Part shown: one piece after another, positions 52,583 through 64,000 of the stretch
Layout: every line of letters begins with the position of its first letter
How positions within the stretch are numbered: the first letter of the stretch is position 1
Assembly: GCA_964016885.1 (NCBI GenBank)
Contig: OZ024766.1
Location: forward strand, 9,176,001 to 9,240,000
Length of the DNA: 64,000 bases
Direction: 5' to 3'
Source: Eledone cirrhosa
Lineage: Eukaryota
Made by a program: the position numbers and the translations under genes
Notes under the pieces: generated by a model
What the model was told of the DNA's origin: nothing
Databases searched by the model: none
What the model saw: the letters and a program-made list of their open reading frames with translations, nothing else

Positions 52583-52821
52583 TATATACACACACACTCA
52601 CTAGCCGCTGGCATAGCTACGGCTCTCTAAATGTTTATTTGTAAACATACCGTATTTCAGCAAAAAATGCAAAATTCCAATACATATCTGTACACAACTA
52701 TGCTTGAAGCTAAATTCTAATACAACACACAATTCCATAACAAAAACCATGCAAAACAAATTCATCGCCGTCATTAATCTCCCCCTCTCTCTCTCTCTTT
52801 TTCCCTCATTCTCTCCGACAG

Positions 52822-53061
52822 ACAATCTTCCACCACGAGTTGACCGTTGTCCTCGGTCAATAACCATCGTCAGCAAGGAGCAGGAAGTCGTCGTCACGTG
52901 GGAAGAACCGCTCTTCAGCGACAACTCCAACGAAGAGCTCCGCATTACCAAGACCCACGAACCGAACAGCTACTTCCGGCAGGGAATCACAGATGTCACC
53001 TACCGTGCCTACGACTCCTCCGACAATGTCAACCACTGCACCATACAGATACACGTACTAG
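52822..53061 (+). CDS. SVEP1: SVEP1-like exon 9 (HYR domain 2)
   Basis: (D)NLPPRVDRCPRSITIVSKEQEVVVTWEEPLFSDNS...YFRQGITDVTYRAYDSSDNVNHCTIQIHVL; CGACAG/GTATCG; 240 bp. Confidence 0.93.
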
Positions 53062-53838
53062 GTATCGCTGCAAAAACTATAGAGTCACCGCAAACGTAGT
53101 ATTAGTAGTAATAGTAGTAGTAGTAGTAGTAGTAGTTGTGTTCTTGTAGTCAACAAATAGAAGTAGTTGTATGTTTTTGTATTGCTGCTGCTGTTGTTGC
53201 TGTTACTGTTGTTGTTGTTACTGTTGTTGCTGTTGCTGTTGTTACTGTTGTTGTTGGTTGTTGTTACTGTTGTTGTTACTGTTGTTGTTGTGACTGCTGT
53301 TGTTACTGTTGTTGTTACTGTTGTTGTTGCTATTGTTGTTACTGTTGTTGCTGTTGTTGTTGTTGCTGTTGTTGTTGTTACTGTTGTTGCTGTTACTGTT
53401 GTTGCTGTTACTGTTGTTGCTGTTACTGTTGTTGTTGTTACTGTTGTTGTTACTGTTGTTGTTACTGTTGTTGTTACTGTTACTGTTTTTTGTTACTGTT
53501 GTTGTTACTGCTGTTGTTACTGTTGTTGTTACTGTTATTGTTACTGTTATTGTTACTGCTGTTGTTGCTATTGTTGTTACTGTTGTTGCTGTTGTTGTTG
53601 TTGTTGCTGGTGTTGTTGTTGTTACTGTTGTTGTTACTGCTGCTGTTGTTGTTGTTGTTAAAGTAGTAGTTATTTAAAGGCTACGATAATGAAAAATGCA
53701 TGGTAGATTTTAGAATAAAATGAAGATATTCTTGTATCACCCCTTATTTTATTCATTTGCCCTAATATTTCGGCACTAAAATCCCTTTATCAGAAGACTA
53801 TAAAGAAAAAAACTGGCTCGGAGTTTGTGCTTCGTTGT

Positions 53839-54171
53839 TTAACCATTTAGCATTTAAACTGGCCATATTCGACCAGAATTCTCTCATGTCTTTCGGTTCA
53901 AACTGGCTGTAACCAGCTACTCAAAATTTCAAAGATTTGATATTATGTGAGATAATTAGGAGAGATTCATCCTTTACTGTGACAATACAATAGTATATAT
54001 AGAGTAATGTAAATGTTATGTGAGATATTATGTGAGGTAAAGCCTTTACTGTGAAAATACAATAGCATATATAGAGTAATCTAAATGTTATGTGAGATAT
54101 TATGTGAGGTAAAGCCTTTACTGTGAAAATACAATAGTATATATAGAGTAATGTAAATGCTAAAGAGTTAA
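53839..54171. mobile_element. Complete piggyBac-like MITE
   Basis: TIRs TTAACCATTTAGCATTTA / TAAATGCTAAAGAGTTAA with TTAA at both ends; contains 72-bp units. Confidence 0.75.
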
Positions 54172-55019
54172 AAGTGACACAGAAATATCTTCATTGCTTT
54201 GAATTTTTTCCTTAAAATCTACCACCATCCATTTTGCATCATAATAGCTTTCAAATACCATACTACTTTAACACAATGCTCCAAGCACACAACACAACCA
54301 TCTTGTTGTTGTTGTTTGTTTCTGCGGTTTGTAGTATTTTTTGTTGTTTGTAGAGTTTTGACCTCTTTGTAGAGATTTTGTTTGTATTGTGTACCCTTTG
54401 CATGGTATTGTAGAGTTTATTGACAGTTTGTAGTGTTGGTGTTGTTTGTAGAGCTCATAATGTTATGTTATTTGTAGATCTTGTAGAGTTGATGTTATTT
54501 GTAGAGCTTGTCGTGTTGGTGTTGTTTGTAAAGTTTGTAGTATTGTTTGTAGAGCTTGTAGTGTTATTTGTAGAGCTTGTAATGCTGGTGTTGTTTGTAA
54601 AGTTTGTAGTATTGTTTGTAGAGTAATACTACAAACTTAAACAACACCAGCACTACAAGCTCTTGTAGTGCTGGTGTTGTTTGTTAAGTTTGTAGTATTG
54701 TTTGTAGAGCTTGTAGTGTTATTTGTAGAGCTTGTAGTGCTGGTGTTGTTTGTAGAGATTGTAGTGTTGGTTGTTTGTAATGTCTTCCATATTTCCTGTA
54801 GAGTATTTCAGAATAGGAAACGTCTTCTTGTAGAGTTTTGTGAAGTTTGTAGAGGTTGTGTTGTTTGCAGGGTGTGAGTTGTAGAGTTTTAGTGTTTATG
54901 TTGTTTGTGGGATGTGTGGTGGTGGTGGTGGTTGTAGAGTGTGTAAATTGTGTACTATTTGTTGAGTGTTTATGTGTGGGTGTTTTTTGCAGAGATTTTT
55001 TTACATTCTTTTTCTTGTT

Positions 55020-55920
55020 TGTAGAGTTACTGTATGTAGAGTTTATGCGTGCAGAGTTTGTGCATGTAGAGTTACTGTATGTAGAGTTAATGTGTGTAGA
55101 GTTAATGTGTGTAGAGTTACTGTATGTAGAGTTACTGTGTGTAGAGTTACTGTGTGTAGAGTTACTGTATGTAGAGTTACTGTGTGTAGAGTTACTGTAT
55201 GTAGAGTTACTGTATGTAGAGTTACTGTATGTAGAGTTACTGTATGTAGAGTTACTGTATGTAGAGTTACTGTGTGTAGAGTTACTGTGTGTAGAGTTAA
55301 TGTGTGTAGAGTTAATGTGTGTAGAGTTACTGTGTGTAGAGTTACTGTGTAGAGTTAATGTGTGTAGAGTTACTGTGTGTAGAGTTACTATATGTAGAGT
55401 TACTGTATGTAGAGTTACTGTATGTAGAGTTACTGTGTGTAGAGTTAATGTGTGTAGAGTTAATGTGTGTAGAGTTACTGTATGTAGAGTTAATGTGTGT
55501 AGAGTTACTGTATGTAGAGTTACTGTATGTAGAGTTACTGTATGTAGAGTTACTGTATATAGAGTTAATGTATGTAGAGTTACTGTGTGTAGAGTTAATG
55601 TGTGTAGATTAATGTGTGTAGAGTTACTGTATGTAGAGTTAATGTATGTAGAGTTACTGTATGTAGAGTTACTGTATGTAGAGTTAATGTGTGTAGAGTT
55701 AATGTGTGTAGAGTTACTGTATGTAGAGTTACTGTATGTAGAGTTAATGTGTGTAGAGTTACTGTGTGTAGAGTTACTGTGTGTAGAGTTACTGTGTGTA
55801 GAGTTACTGTATGTAGAGTTACTGTGTGTAGAGTTAATGTGTGTAGAGTTACTGTATATAGAGTTACTGTATGTAGAGTTACTGTGTGTAGAGTTAATGT
55901 ATGTAGAGTGTGTGTATGTA
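55020..55920. repeat. 15-bp minisatellite (GTAGAGTTACTGTAT)
   Basis: Direct inspection. Confidence 0.95.
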
Positions 55921-56174
55921 GACTGTGTCTGTGTAGAGTCTGTGTGTTATCTATAGACTTAAAGATTGTGGTGTTTACGCAGCTTGTAGAAAATTGTGTA
56001 CACTGTCTACTTTCTAGTGTCTACAAATTCTACACAACAACAAAACAAAAACATTACCTACATCATCTATAAAACTCTACACCATATATGCAACATGTAG
56101 ACTATTTAAAGAAAAAAAAACAAAAAAAATCTACAACCTGTAGACATTTCAAGACAGTGGTTAACATTTTTGGT

Positions 56175-56920
56175 AAAGTGTGGTTTGAGGAGGACTTTGC
56201 TGCTATTTCTAGCATAGCAAGTCAGGACAGTATGTTGTGGCTTGCCCCTACACTTTTGTATAAAATTATAGTAAAGTGTGGTTTGAGGGGAACTTTGCTG
56301 CTATTTCTAGCATAGCAAGTCAGGACAGTATGTTGTGGCTTGCTCCTACACTTTTGTATAAAATTATAGTAAGGTGTGGTTTGAAGAGGACTTTGCTGCT
56401 ATTTCTAGCATAGCAAGTCAGGGGACAGATGGTATGGTCTAGTTTAAGCGAGACTTCGCTGCTATTTCTAGCATAGCAAGTCAGGGGACAGATGGTAAAG
56501 ACTGGTTTGAGGGAGACTTTGCTGCTATTTCTAGCATAGCAAGTCAGGGGACAGATGGTATGGTCTAGTTTGAGCGAGACTTTGCTGCTATTTCTAGCAT
56601 AGCAAGTCAGGAGACAGATGGTATGGTCTAGTTTGAGCGAGACTTCGCTGCTATTTCTAGCATTGCAAGTCAGGGGTCAGATGGTAAAGACTGCTTTGAG
56701 GGAGTCTTTGTTGCTATTTCTAGCATAGCAAGTCAGGGGACAGATGGTATGGTCTAGTTTGAGCGAGACTTCGCTGCTATTTCTAGCATAGCAAGTCAGG
56801 GGACAGATGGTATGGTCTAGTTTGAGGGACACTTCGCTGCTATTTCTAGCATAGCAAGTCAGGGGACAGATGGTAAGGTCTAGTTTGAGACCTTACCATC
56901 GCTGCTATTTCTAGCAAGAC
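56175..56920. repeat. Tandem repeats (~100-bp then ~62-bp units) around GCTGCTATTTCTAGCATAGCAAGTCAGG
   Basis: Direct inspection. Confidence 0.85.
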
Positions 56921-57506
56921 CATGATGAGGTTTTTTCCTTTTTATTCTTTATAAACCATTTTATAATATGAGAATTATTTTGTACAAATTTTTTCTGAAG
57001 GGCTTTGGGGGGGGGGTCTTTTGGTAAAGGGGGTCGGGTATATTTGAGAAAAGAGGGGTTTATTGGAGGGGGTTATTAGGGGGGGGTCTTTTCGCGTTAG
57101 ATTTGGGGGGCAGTTTGGGTTTTTTTTAGTATTTTTAATCTTCAAATCTTTAAGTGGTTTCAATCGTCAGACTGCGACCATGCTGGAGCACAAACTTTAA
57201 AGAATGTATTGGCCAACACTGGCTGGATCAGACCGAAATAAATTGTGTGTGTGTGTGCATGCATGTGTGTGTGTGTATATCTACATGCATGTGTGAATGT
57301 GTGTAGATGTATGTGTGTATGTAAATATGTATGTATGCATATATATATATATATATATAAGTAAATATATGTGCATGTATGTAAGCATATATACATATAT
57401 ATATATATTTGTGTGTGTGTGTACGTATATACATATATATTTATAAATATATATATATATATATATAATTCAAATTAAAAGATATATGTATATATATATA
57501 TGTAAA

Positions 57507-57584
<78 letters not shown>

Positions 57585-57682
57585 AATATATATATATATA
57601 TACATAAATATATATATATATATACATAAATATATGTATATATACATATTTACATATATATATATACATATATCTTAATTTG

Positions 57683-57730
<48 letters not shown>

Positions 57731-57765
57731 TTACATATATATATATACATATATCTTTTAATTTG

Positions 57766-57803
<38 letters not shown>

Positions 57804-58253
57804 GTGTGTGTGTGTATGTATATATGTATCTATGCATGTACATCTTTTCAAGGGGGTCATAGACTGTGTGTTGCTTTCGAAGGTCGGATGTGTTGCTTCT
57901 AGTATGTAATATAATGAATTGCTTAGAAAAACAGGCAAACGTATTGCAAATGCATTGTTAATAGTTGGTTTAGAGCTGTGCATGTTTCCTCTGCTCTAAT
58001 GAAGTTTGCATCTATCATGAAGAAATGAAATAAACCTCATGAGAATGGCACATTTCTCTTAATTTGTATATTTGTTTACAGAAGATTGCATATATATATG
58101 CTAACACATACACACATGTACTTCCCTGACATTTGTGTATTATTCTATGTACTATATTGACGAGTTGTAGTGCACCTGAGCACTTTACACAATAATTTCA
58201 TTATTATTATTATTATATGTATATATATGAATATATATGTATTTATATATGTA

Positions 58254-58310
<57 letters not shown>

Positions 58311-58384
58311 TGATTAAGTCATTCCATGAGAGTATCTTGATCAGCCTATGAACTTTTCAGCTAACCCTCCTATATATATAATTC

Positions 58385-58426
<42 letters not shown>

Positions 58427-59475
58427 CAAAAATATATATATTATATTATATATATATATATATACTATACAAAATATATATATATATACTATATATATAT
58501 ATACTATACAAAATATATATATATATACTATATATATATATACTATATATATATATACTATACAAAATATATATATATATATACTATATATACTATATAT
58601 ATACTATATATACTATATATATATATAATATACAATATATATATATATATATATATACTATATATATACTATATATATATATAATATACAATATATATAT
58701 ATATATATATATATACTATATATATATATACTATATATATATATAATATACAATATATATATATACATATAATATACAAAATATATATATATATATATAA
58801 TATACAAAATATATATATATATAATATATATATATTATATACTAAATATATATATATATAATATACAATATATATATATATATTATATACTATATATATA
58901 TATATAATATACAAAATATATATATATATATAATATATAGTATATATATATATATATATTTTGTATAGTATATATATATAGTATATATATATATATTTTG
59001 TATAGTATATATATATATATATAATATATATATAAGCCCCTGTAGAAGGTAAAAAGGGGACAGTGTTACTCATGGTACCCATAACCTTACACCAGTCACA
59101 TCCTTATATGGGGTGAGGGAGCAGGACCAGTTGAGGGCTTGTGACCCCAAAAACTGGGTACAGATCTCACCTAATGTTTCCTAGGGAACCAAAGGAAGTA
59201 AAGAAAAAGGTAGGTCCAACATGATAAATAGTCTACCAAAACCATAAATATATACTATACATACATATATATGTATATGTATATATACATATATATATAT
59301 ATGTATATATAGGTATATATATATATATATGTATATATATGTATATATAGGTATATATATATATATATGTATATATAGGTATATATATATATATACATAT
59401 ATACATATATAAATATATATATATTTAATATATACACATATATATACATATATATATATATATACATATATATAC

Positions 59476-59506
<31 letters not shown>

Positions 59507-59518
59507 GATATTATATAC

Positions 59519-59572
<54 letters not shown>

Positions 59573-59677
59573 ATATATATATATATATATGCAAAAGGTA
59601 AGCAGAAATAACAACACAATCGGTACAGTATATGGAAGGAATATATTAGGTTAATGCTTGATATAGCAGAAAGAGGG

Positions 59678-59713
59678 TCTTAACATTTCAGACGCTAGTC
59701 CTTCATCAGAAGA
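59678..59713 (-). ncRNA. Ultra-minimal hammerhead motif (family C)
   Basis: Minus strand: TCTT CTGATGA A GGA-ctagcg-TCT GAAATGTT AAGA; flanks homologous to 34720-35225. Confidence 0.6.
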
Positions 59714-59974
59714 AAGACTGAAAAATTAAAAAGACTGAGGGGTCAGGAAGGGCAGAATCGGTAAAATACTTTTCAGAGAATAATTACAGTCTGTGTTTAT
59801 GACTGGCACTTGAGTATGCAGTGTGGAACACTCGACAAAGTACACAGGTAGGTCTGTTTACTCCGGAGTATATATATAAACATACAGTACAGATCAACAG
59901 GTTAAAATCTATTTTGTTTATTCATAATCGCTGTTATATATACTAGCAGAAAAACCACCCATCGGGTGGTTTTC

Positions 59975-60355
59975 TGCTAGCATGTGTAGTGTGTATATTG
60001 ATATTATACGCAGGTATATATACATGTAGATATGATACATCAAATAAAATCGTAATTGATAATATATAATATATAATATACATAGAAATTGAACGAAGAC
60101 TGTGTTACACTGTCTTATGTAATCAGTAACGTAATCCATGATACATTAAAAATAGACGATATTATATATCTGCTAGCATGTGTAGTGTGTATATTGATAT
60201 TATACGCAAGTATATATACATGTAGATATGATACATCAAATAAAATCGTAATTGACAATATATAATACATAGAAATTGAATGAAGACTGTGTTACACTGT
60301 CTTATGTAATCAGTAACGTAATTCATGATACATTAAAAAGACACGATATTATATA
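59975..60355. repeat. ~195-bp tandem duplication next to a hairpin-CTAG end
   Basis: CTGCTAGCATGTGTAGTGTGTATATTGATATTATACGC at ~59974 and ~60170. Confidence 0.8.
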
Positions 60356-60893
60356 TAAACTGCATTAGGAGAAAATTAGTATGTTTATTTAAGTGATTGC
60401 CACCGGAAGTGTTGACATCACACGCTCTCTCTTTCTATAAATATGGTAGTTGAAGTGGTGATGGTGGTGGCGACGATATAGCGGAAGTGCAACTTTGAAA
60501 AGATGTCAATTTTAAATTATTTTTGTTACAAAATTTAATAGATAAATTATGTAATATTCATTCATTATTTATTCAAAATAATCCAACTTATTTTACTAAC
60601 AAGATAAAAAATAATAAACCATACGCAGTCCCGCAGACCTTCCTTTATTATAGTTTAGATTTCGGTGGTAACTCTTATGTAATAGTTATGACCTCATCAG
60701 ACAGCTACAAGTTGAACAGAAAAAAAACCCAGAAACACATGAAGAATAAATAAAGTTTACTCCTGTTATTTCGATTCATTGGTATGTCCCGGGTTGATAT
60801 TTGGTGTTGCTTTCTCAATATACCGGCAACATAGATATGTTACCGGTAAATTGAGAGAGACTTCTACTTCGTGTCTATACACACACACATAAT

Positions 60894-60927
<34 letters not shown>

Positions 60928-60929
<2 letters not shown>

Positions 60930-61300
60930 GCCCTCTCTAGCCCTCCATTTTTACAGCATAGACTGGATGCTTTTATTCGGGCCACCAGCACTAGAGAGAT
61001 TGTCTTACTGAACTCAGGAGCCCTCTCTACCCCTCCATTTTACAGCATGGACTGGGTGCTTTTATTTGTGTCACCAGCACTAGAGAGGTCGTCTTACTGG
61101 ACTCAGGGGCCCTCTCTACCCCTCCATTTTACAGCATGGACTGGGTGCTTTTATTTGTGTCACCAGCACTAGAGAGGTCATCTTACTGGACTCAGGGGCC
61201 CTCTCTACCCCTCCATTTTTACAACATAGACTGGGTGCTTTTATTTATGCCACCAGCACTAGGGAAGGTGCCTTTCTGGACTTAGGGGACTTCTCTACTC
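60928..61300. repeat. ~88-bp tandem repeat, about 4 copies
   Basis: GCCCTCTCTACCCCTCCATTTTACAGCATGGACTGGGTGC... Confidence 0.85.
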
Positions 61301-61657
61301 CACACCAATTTATTTGGAGTGGTAGTTCTGCTAGACGGCTTGCCTCCGTCTGCCCCTTGTCTGTTCTATGATATATTCACGAGGGGGGAGAGATGCTGTG
61401 CTGAATAAGTCCTGTCCCACCCTTGCAAGCAGAGAAAAGCGGACATAAAATGACGATAACGATGATATATATATTGGAAAATGTGTGAAATCCTCAGTAG
61501 AGTTAGGTATATTTGAAAAAAAGATTCTGAGTACTCAATACTTGGGATATTAGAGTGGGTAATAGGAAAAAAGTCAGGACCCCGACAGCTGAGCTCCGGC
61601 AGTTCAGACCTAGCTGTCGAAATGGCTGGAGCTCAACCATCGGGGTCCTGACTCTTT

Positions 61658-61717
<60 letters not shown>

Positions 61718-62115
61718 CAGTTTTAATATAGATGAGATTCTACAGGACTAGAACTGTTTCATTCATTAGAAATCATCAGGAATCTTTTGGTAGATTTATC
61801 TATATATATATATATATATATATAGATAAATCTACCAAAAGTTTACGGTAGTGTCCAATCCGTATAAAAACAGCATATATATGTGAAGGTATGTATATTC
61901 CCTCTGATAGTTTGTATAATGTTGTACATAGATCTATAGAATATGCATACCAATTTCTAACACATATATGTCCTAGAAACGATCGTAAAATAATGAACTT
62001 TTTTTGTTTAATATAAGGAACTGTTTCTTTGTTTATTCATTATTTTTTTAATAATTTATATATATATATATGTCTTGGATTTGTTATTGCTTGTATGGTA
62101 TGTAATTAACCTTTA

Positions 62116-62161
62116 TGCTCTGATGAGTCCCACCTATAGTGCGGATGAAACAATGTTAGCA
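62116..62161 (+). ncRNA. Type I hammerhead motif, sense to SVEP1 intron 9
   Basis: TGCT CTGATGA GTCC-CAC-ctata-GTG-c-GGAT GAAAC-aat-GT T AGCA; GUU triplet. Confidence 0.75.
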
Positions 62162-62293
62162 AGTAAAGATATGCATATGCTATAGGCGTTCTTTGTTATT
62201 TATTATATCACGGCTCTGTCCTCAGACATTGAGCTAACCTTATACTGCCTGCTGGATAAGTGGAGTGTTATACACCCCTGATCCTCTCCCTAG

Positions 62294-62329
<36 letters not shown>

Positions 62330-62756
62330 GGTGGCTCAGTAGATTTGTGGTTTACAGAGGAAGGTACCAAAATCAATACTCTATACAAGGGCAAGGTATA
62401 TATATTGAAAACAATCACATTAAGGTCTTTATTTAAGGTCTTTATTATACATAGTTACAACCATATGACAGGTGGGTGGCTCAGGATCTCTATTAAGGCC
62501 CTGGACTTGACTGGAGTCGAGTCTATAGCATCAATATAGATCCTGATCAATAAAGACCTCAATGTGAACCTACTTATACCTCTAGTTGTTCTCTTATCTG
62601 AACTTTCTTGAAGAAGGACTTCTGTCCGAAACATTAAAAACTCCATGGTGGGGTGGGTGTCTACGTCACAGGTCCTCCTAACCCTGAACAGCCTCCACCC
62701 TTTTATATTTATTTGTCTATGTAGCTATCACCTTCCACTCTCCTGTTTCACCACAG

Positions 62757-62951
62757 AACACCGTTGCACCATACCAGTGGCCCCTCGTAACGGAATGAGG
62801 GACTGCCAGAGGAAAGAAATTGGGATCCACTGCACCCTAGCCTGTATGGAGGGGTATGCATTTGCCCTGCCCCCTGCTGGCGAATATTTCTGTAGCTTTG
62901 ACGATTATCAGTGGACACCCCAGAGTCATCTGCCGTTCCCGGATTGTTCAG
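62757..62951 (+). CDS. SVEP1: SVEP1-like exon 10 (sushi-like); gene continues beyond the window
   Basis: (E)HRCTIPVAPRNGMRDCQRKEIGIHCTLACMEGYAFALPPAGEYFCSFDDYQWTPQSHLPFPDCS; CCACAG/GTAATA; 195 bp. Confidence 0.92.
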
Positions 62952-62974
62952 GTAATAAACACTGCACTGCTGCA

Positions 62975-64000
62975 TTGCTACACTACACCACCGCACCGCT
63001 GCATTGCTACACTACACCACCACATCACTAAACTACACCACCACATCACTACACTACACCACCGCACCACTACATCGCTACACTACACCACTACATCACT
63101 AAACTACACCACTACATCGCTACACTACACCACCACATCACTACATCGCTACACTACATCGCTACACTACACCACCACATCACTACATCGCTACACTACA
63201 CCACCACATCACTACATTGCTACACTACACCACCACATCACTAAACTACACCACCGCACCACTACATTACACCACCACATCACTAAACTACACCATCGCA
63301 CCACTACATCACTACACTACACCACCACATCACTAAACTACACCACCGCACCACTACATCACTACACTACACCACCACATCACTAAACTACACCACCGCA
63401 CCACTACATCACTACACTACACCACCACATCACTAAACTACACCACCGCACCACTACATCACTACACTACACCACCACATCACTAAACTACACCACCGCA
63501 CCACTACATCACTACACTACACCACCACATCGCTACACTACACCACCACATCACTACACTACACCACCACATCACTAAACTACACCACCGCACCACTACA
63601 TCGCTACACTACACCACCACATCGCTACACTACACCACTACATCACTAAACTACACCACCACATCACTAAACTACACCACCACATCACTAAACTACACCA
63701 CTACATCGCTACACTACACCACTACATCACTAAACTACACCACTACATCGCTACACTACACCACCACATCACTAAACTACACCACCGCACCACTACATCG
63801 CTACACTACACCACTACATCACTAAACTACACCACCACATCACTAAACTACACCACCGCACCGCTGCATTGCTACACTACACCACCACATCACTACATCG
63901 CTACACTACACCACCGCACCACTACATCGCTACACTACACCACTACATCACTAAACTACACCACTACATCGCTACACTACACCACCACATCGCTACACTA
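62975..64000. repeat. CACTACACCACCACATC-type minisatellite
   Basis: Direct inspection. Confidence 0.92.

Larger units (their letters stand above)
51215..52760. repeat. Nested tandem duplication: ~190-bp units (ACTAGCCGCTGGCATAGCTACGGCTC..., Helitron-3'-end-like on minus strand) with a 652-bp higher-order repeat containing a hammerhead element
   Basis: Unit starts near 51257, 51452, 51930, 52124 and 52600; HHR element repeated 652 bp apart. Confidence 0.8.

Noticed and set aside
1-64000. Autonomous Penelope-like or other intact retroelement
   Set aside because: No RT or GIY-YIG ORF seen; only short C-terminal LINE fragments, so the PLE link for the hammerheads remains inference

Overview
This is repeat-rich eukaryotic (animal) genomic DNA, most likely cephalopod/octopus; that assignment is inferred from the microsatellite load and SINE/MITE types and was not verified by search. 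The only protein-coding gene I can support is the 5' part of an SVEP1/polydom-like gene on the + strand. It has ten exons between about 13888 and 62951 (VWA with MIDAS, EGF/Cys-rich, ephrin-receptor-like, three sushi, two HYR, sushi), all with GT-AG boundaries and consistent phases, and it runs off the window. Introns and the upstream region are filled with microsatellites, minisatellites (59, 91, 72, 48, 65, 81 bp), tRNA-derived SINEs, RTE and CR1 LINE 3' fragments, piggyBac-like MITEs and Helitron-like ends. The feature the ORF track does not explain is a dense set of minimal type I hammerhead ribozyme (HHR) motifs: about 15 with intact CUGANGA/GAAA cores plus several decayed ones. They occur (i) once per unit in a ~311-bp non-coding tandem array (retrozyme-like), (ii) as inverted head-to-head pairs forming long fold-backs inside (TA)n tracts, and (iii) as singletons, several sense to the SVEP1 pre-mRNA. 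All ribozyme calls are from manual folding and no activity has been shown.
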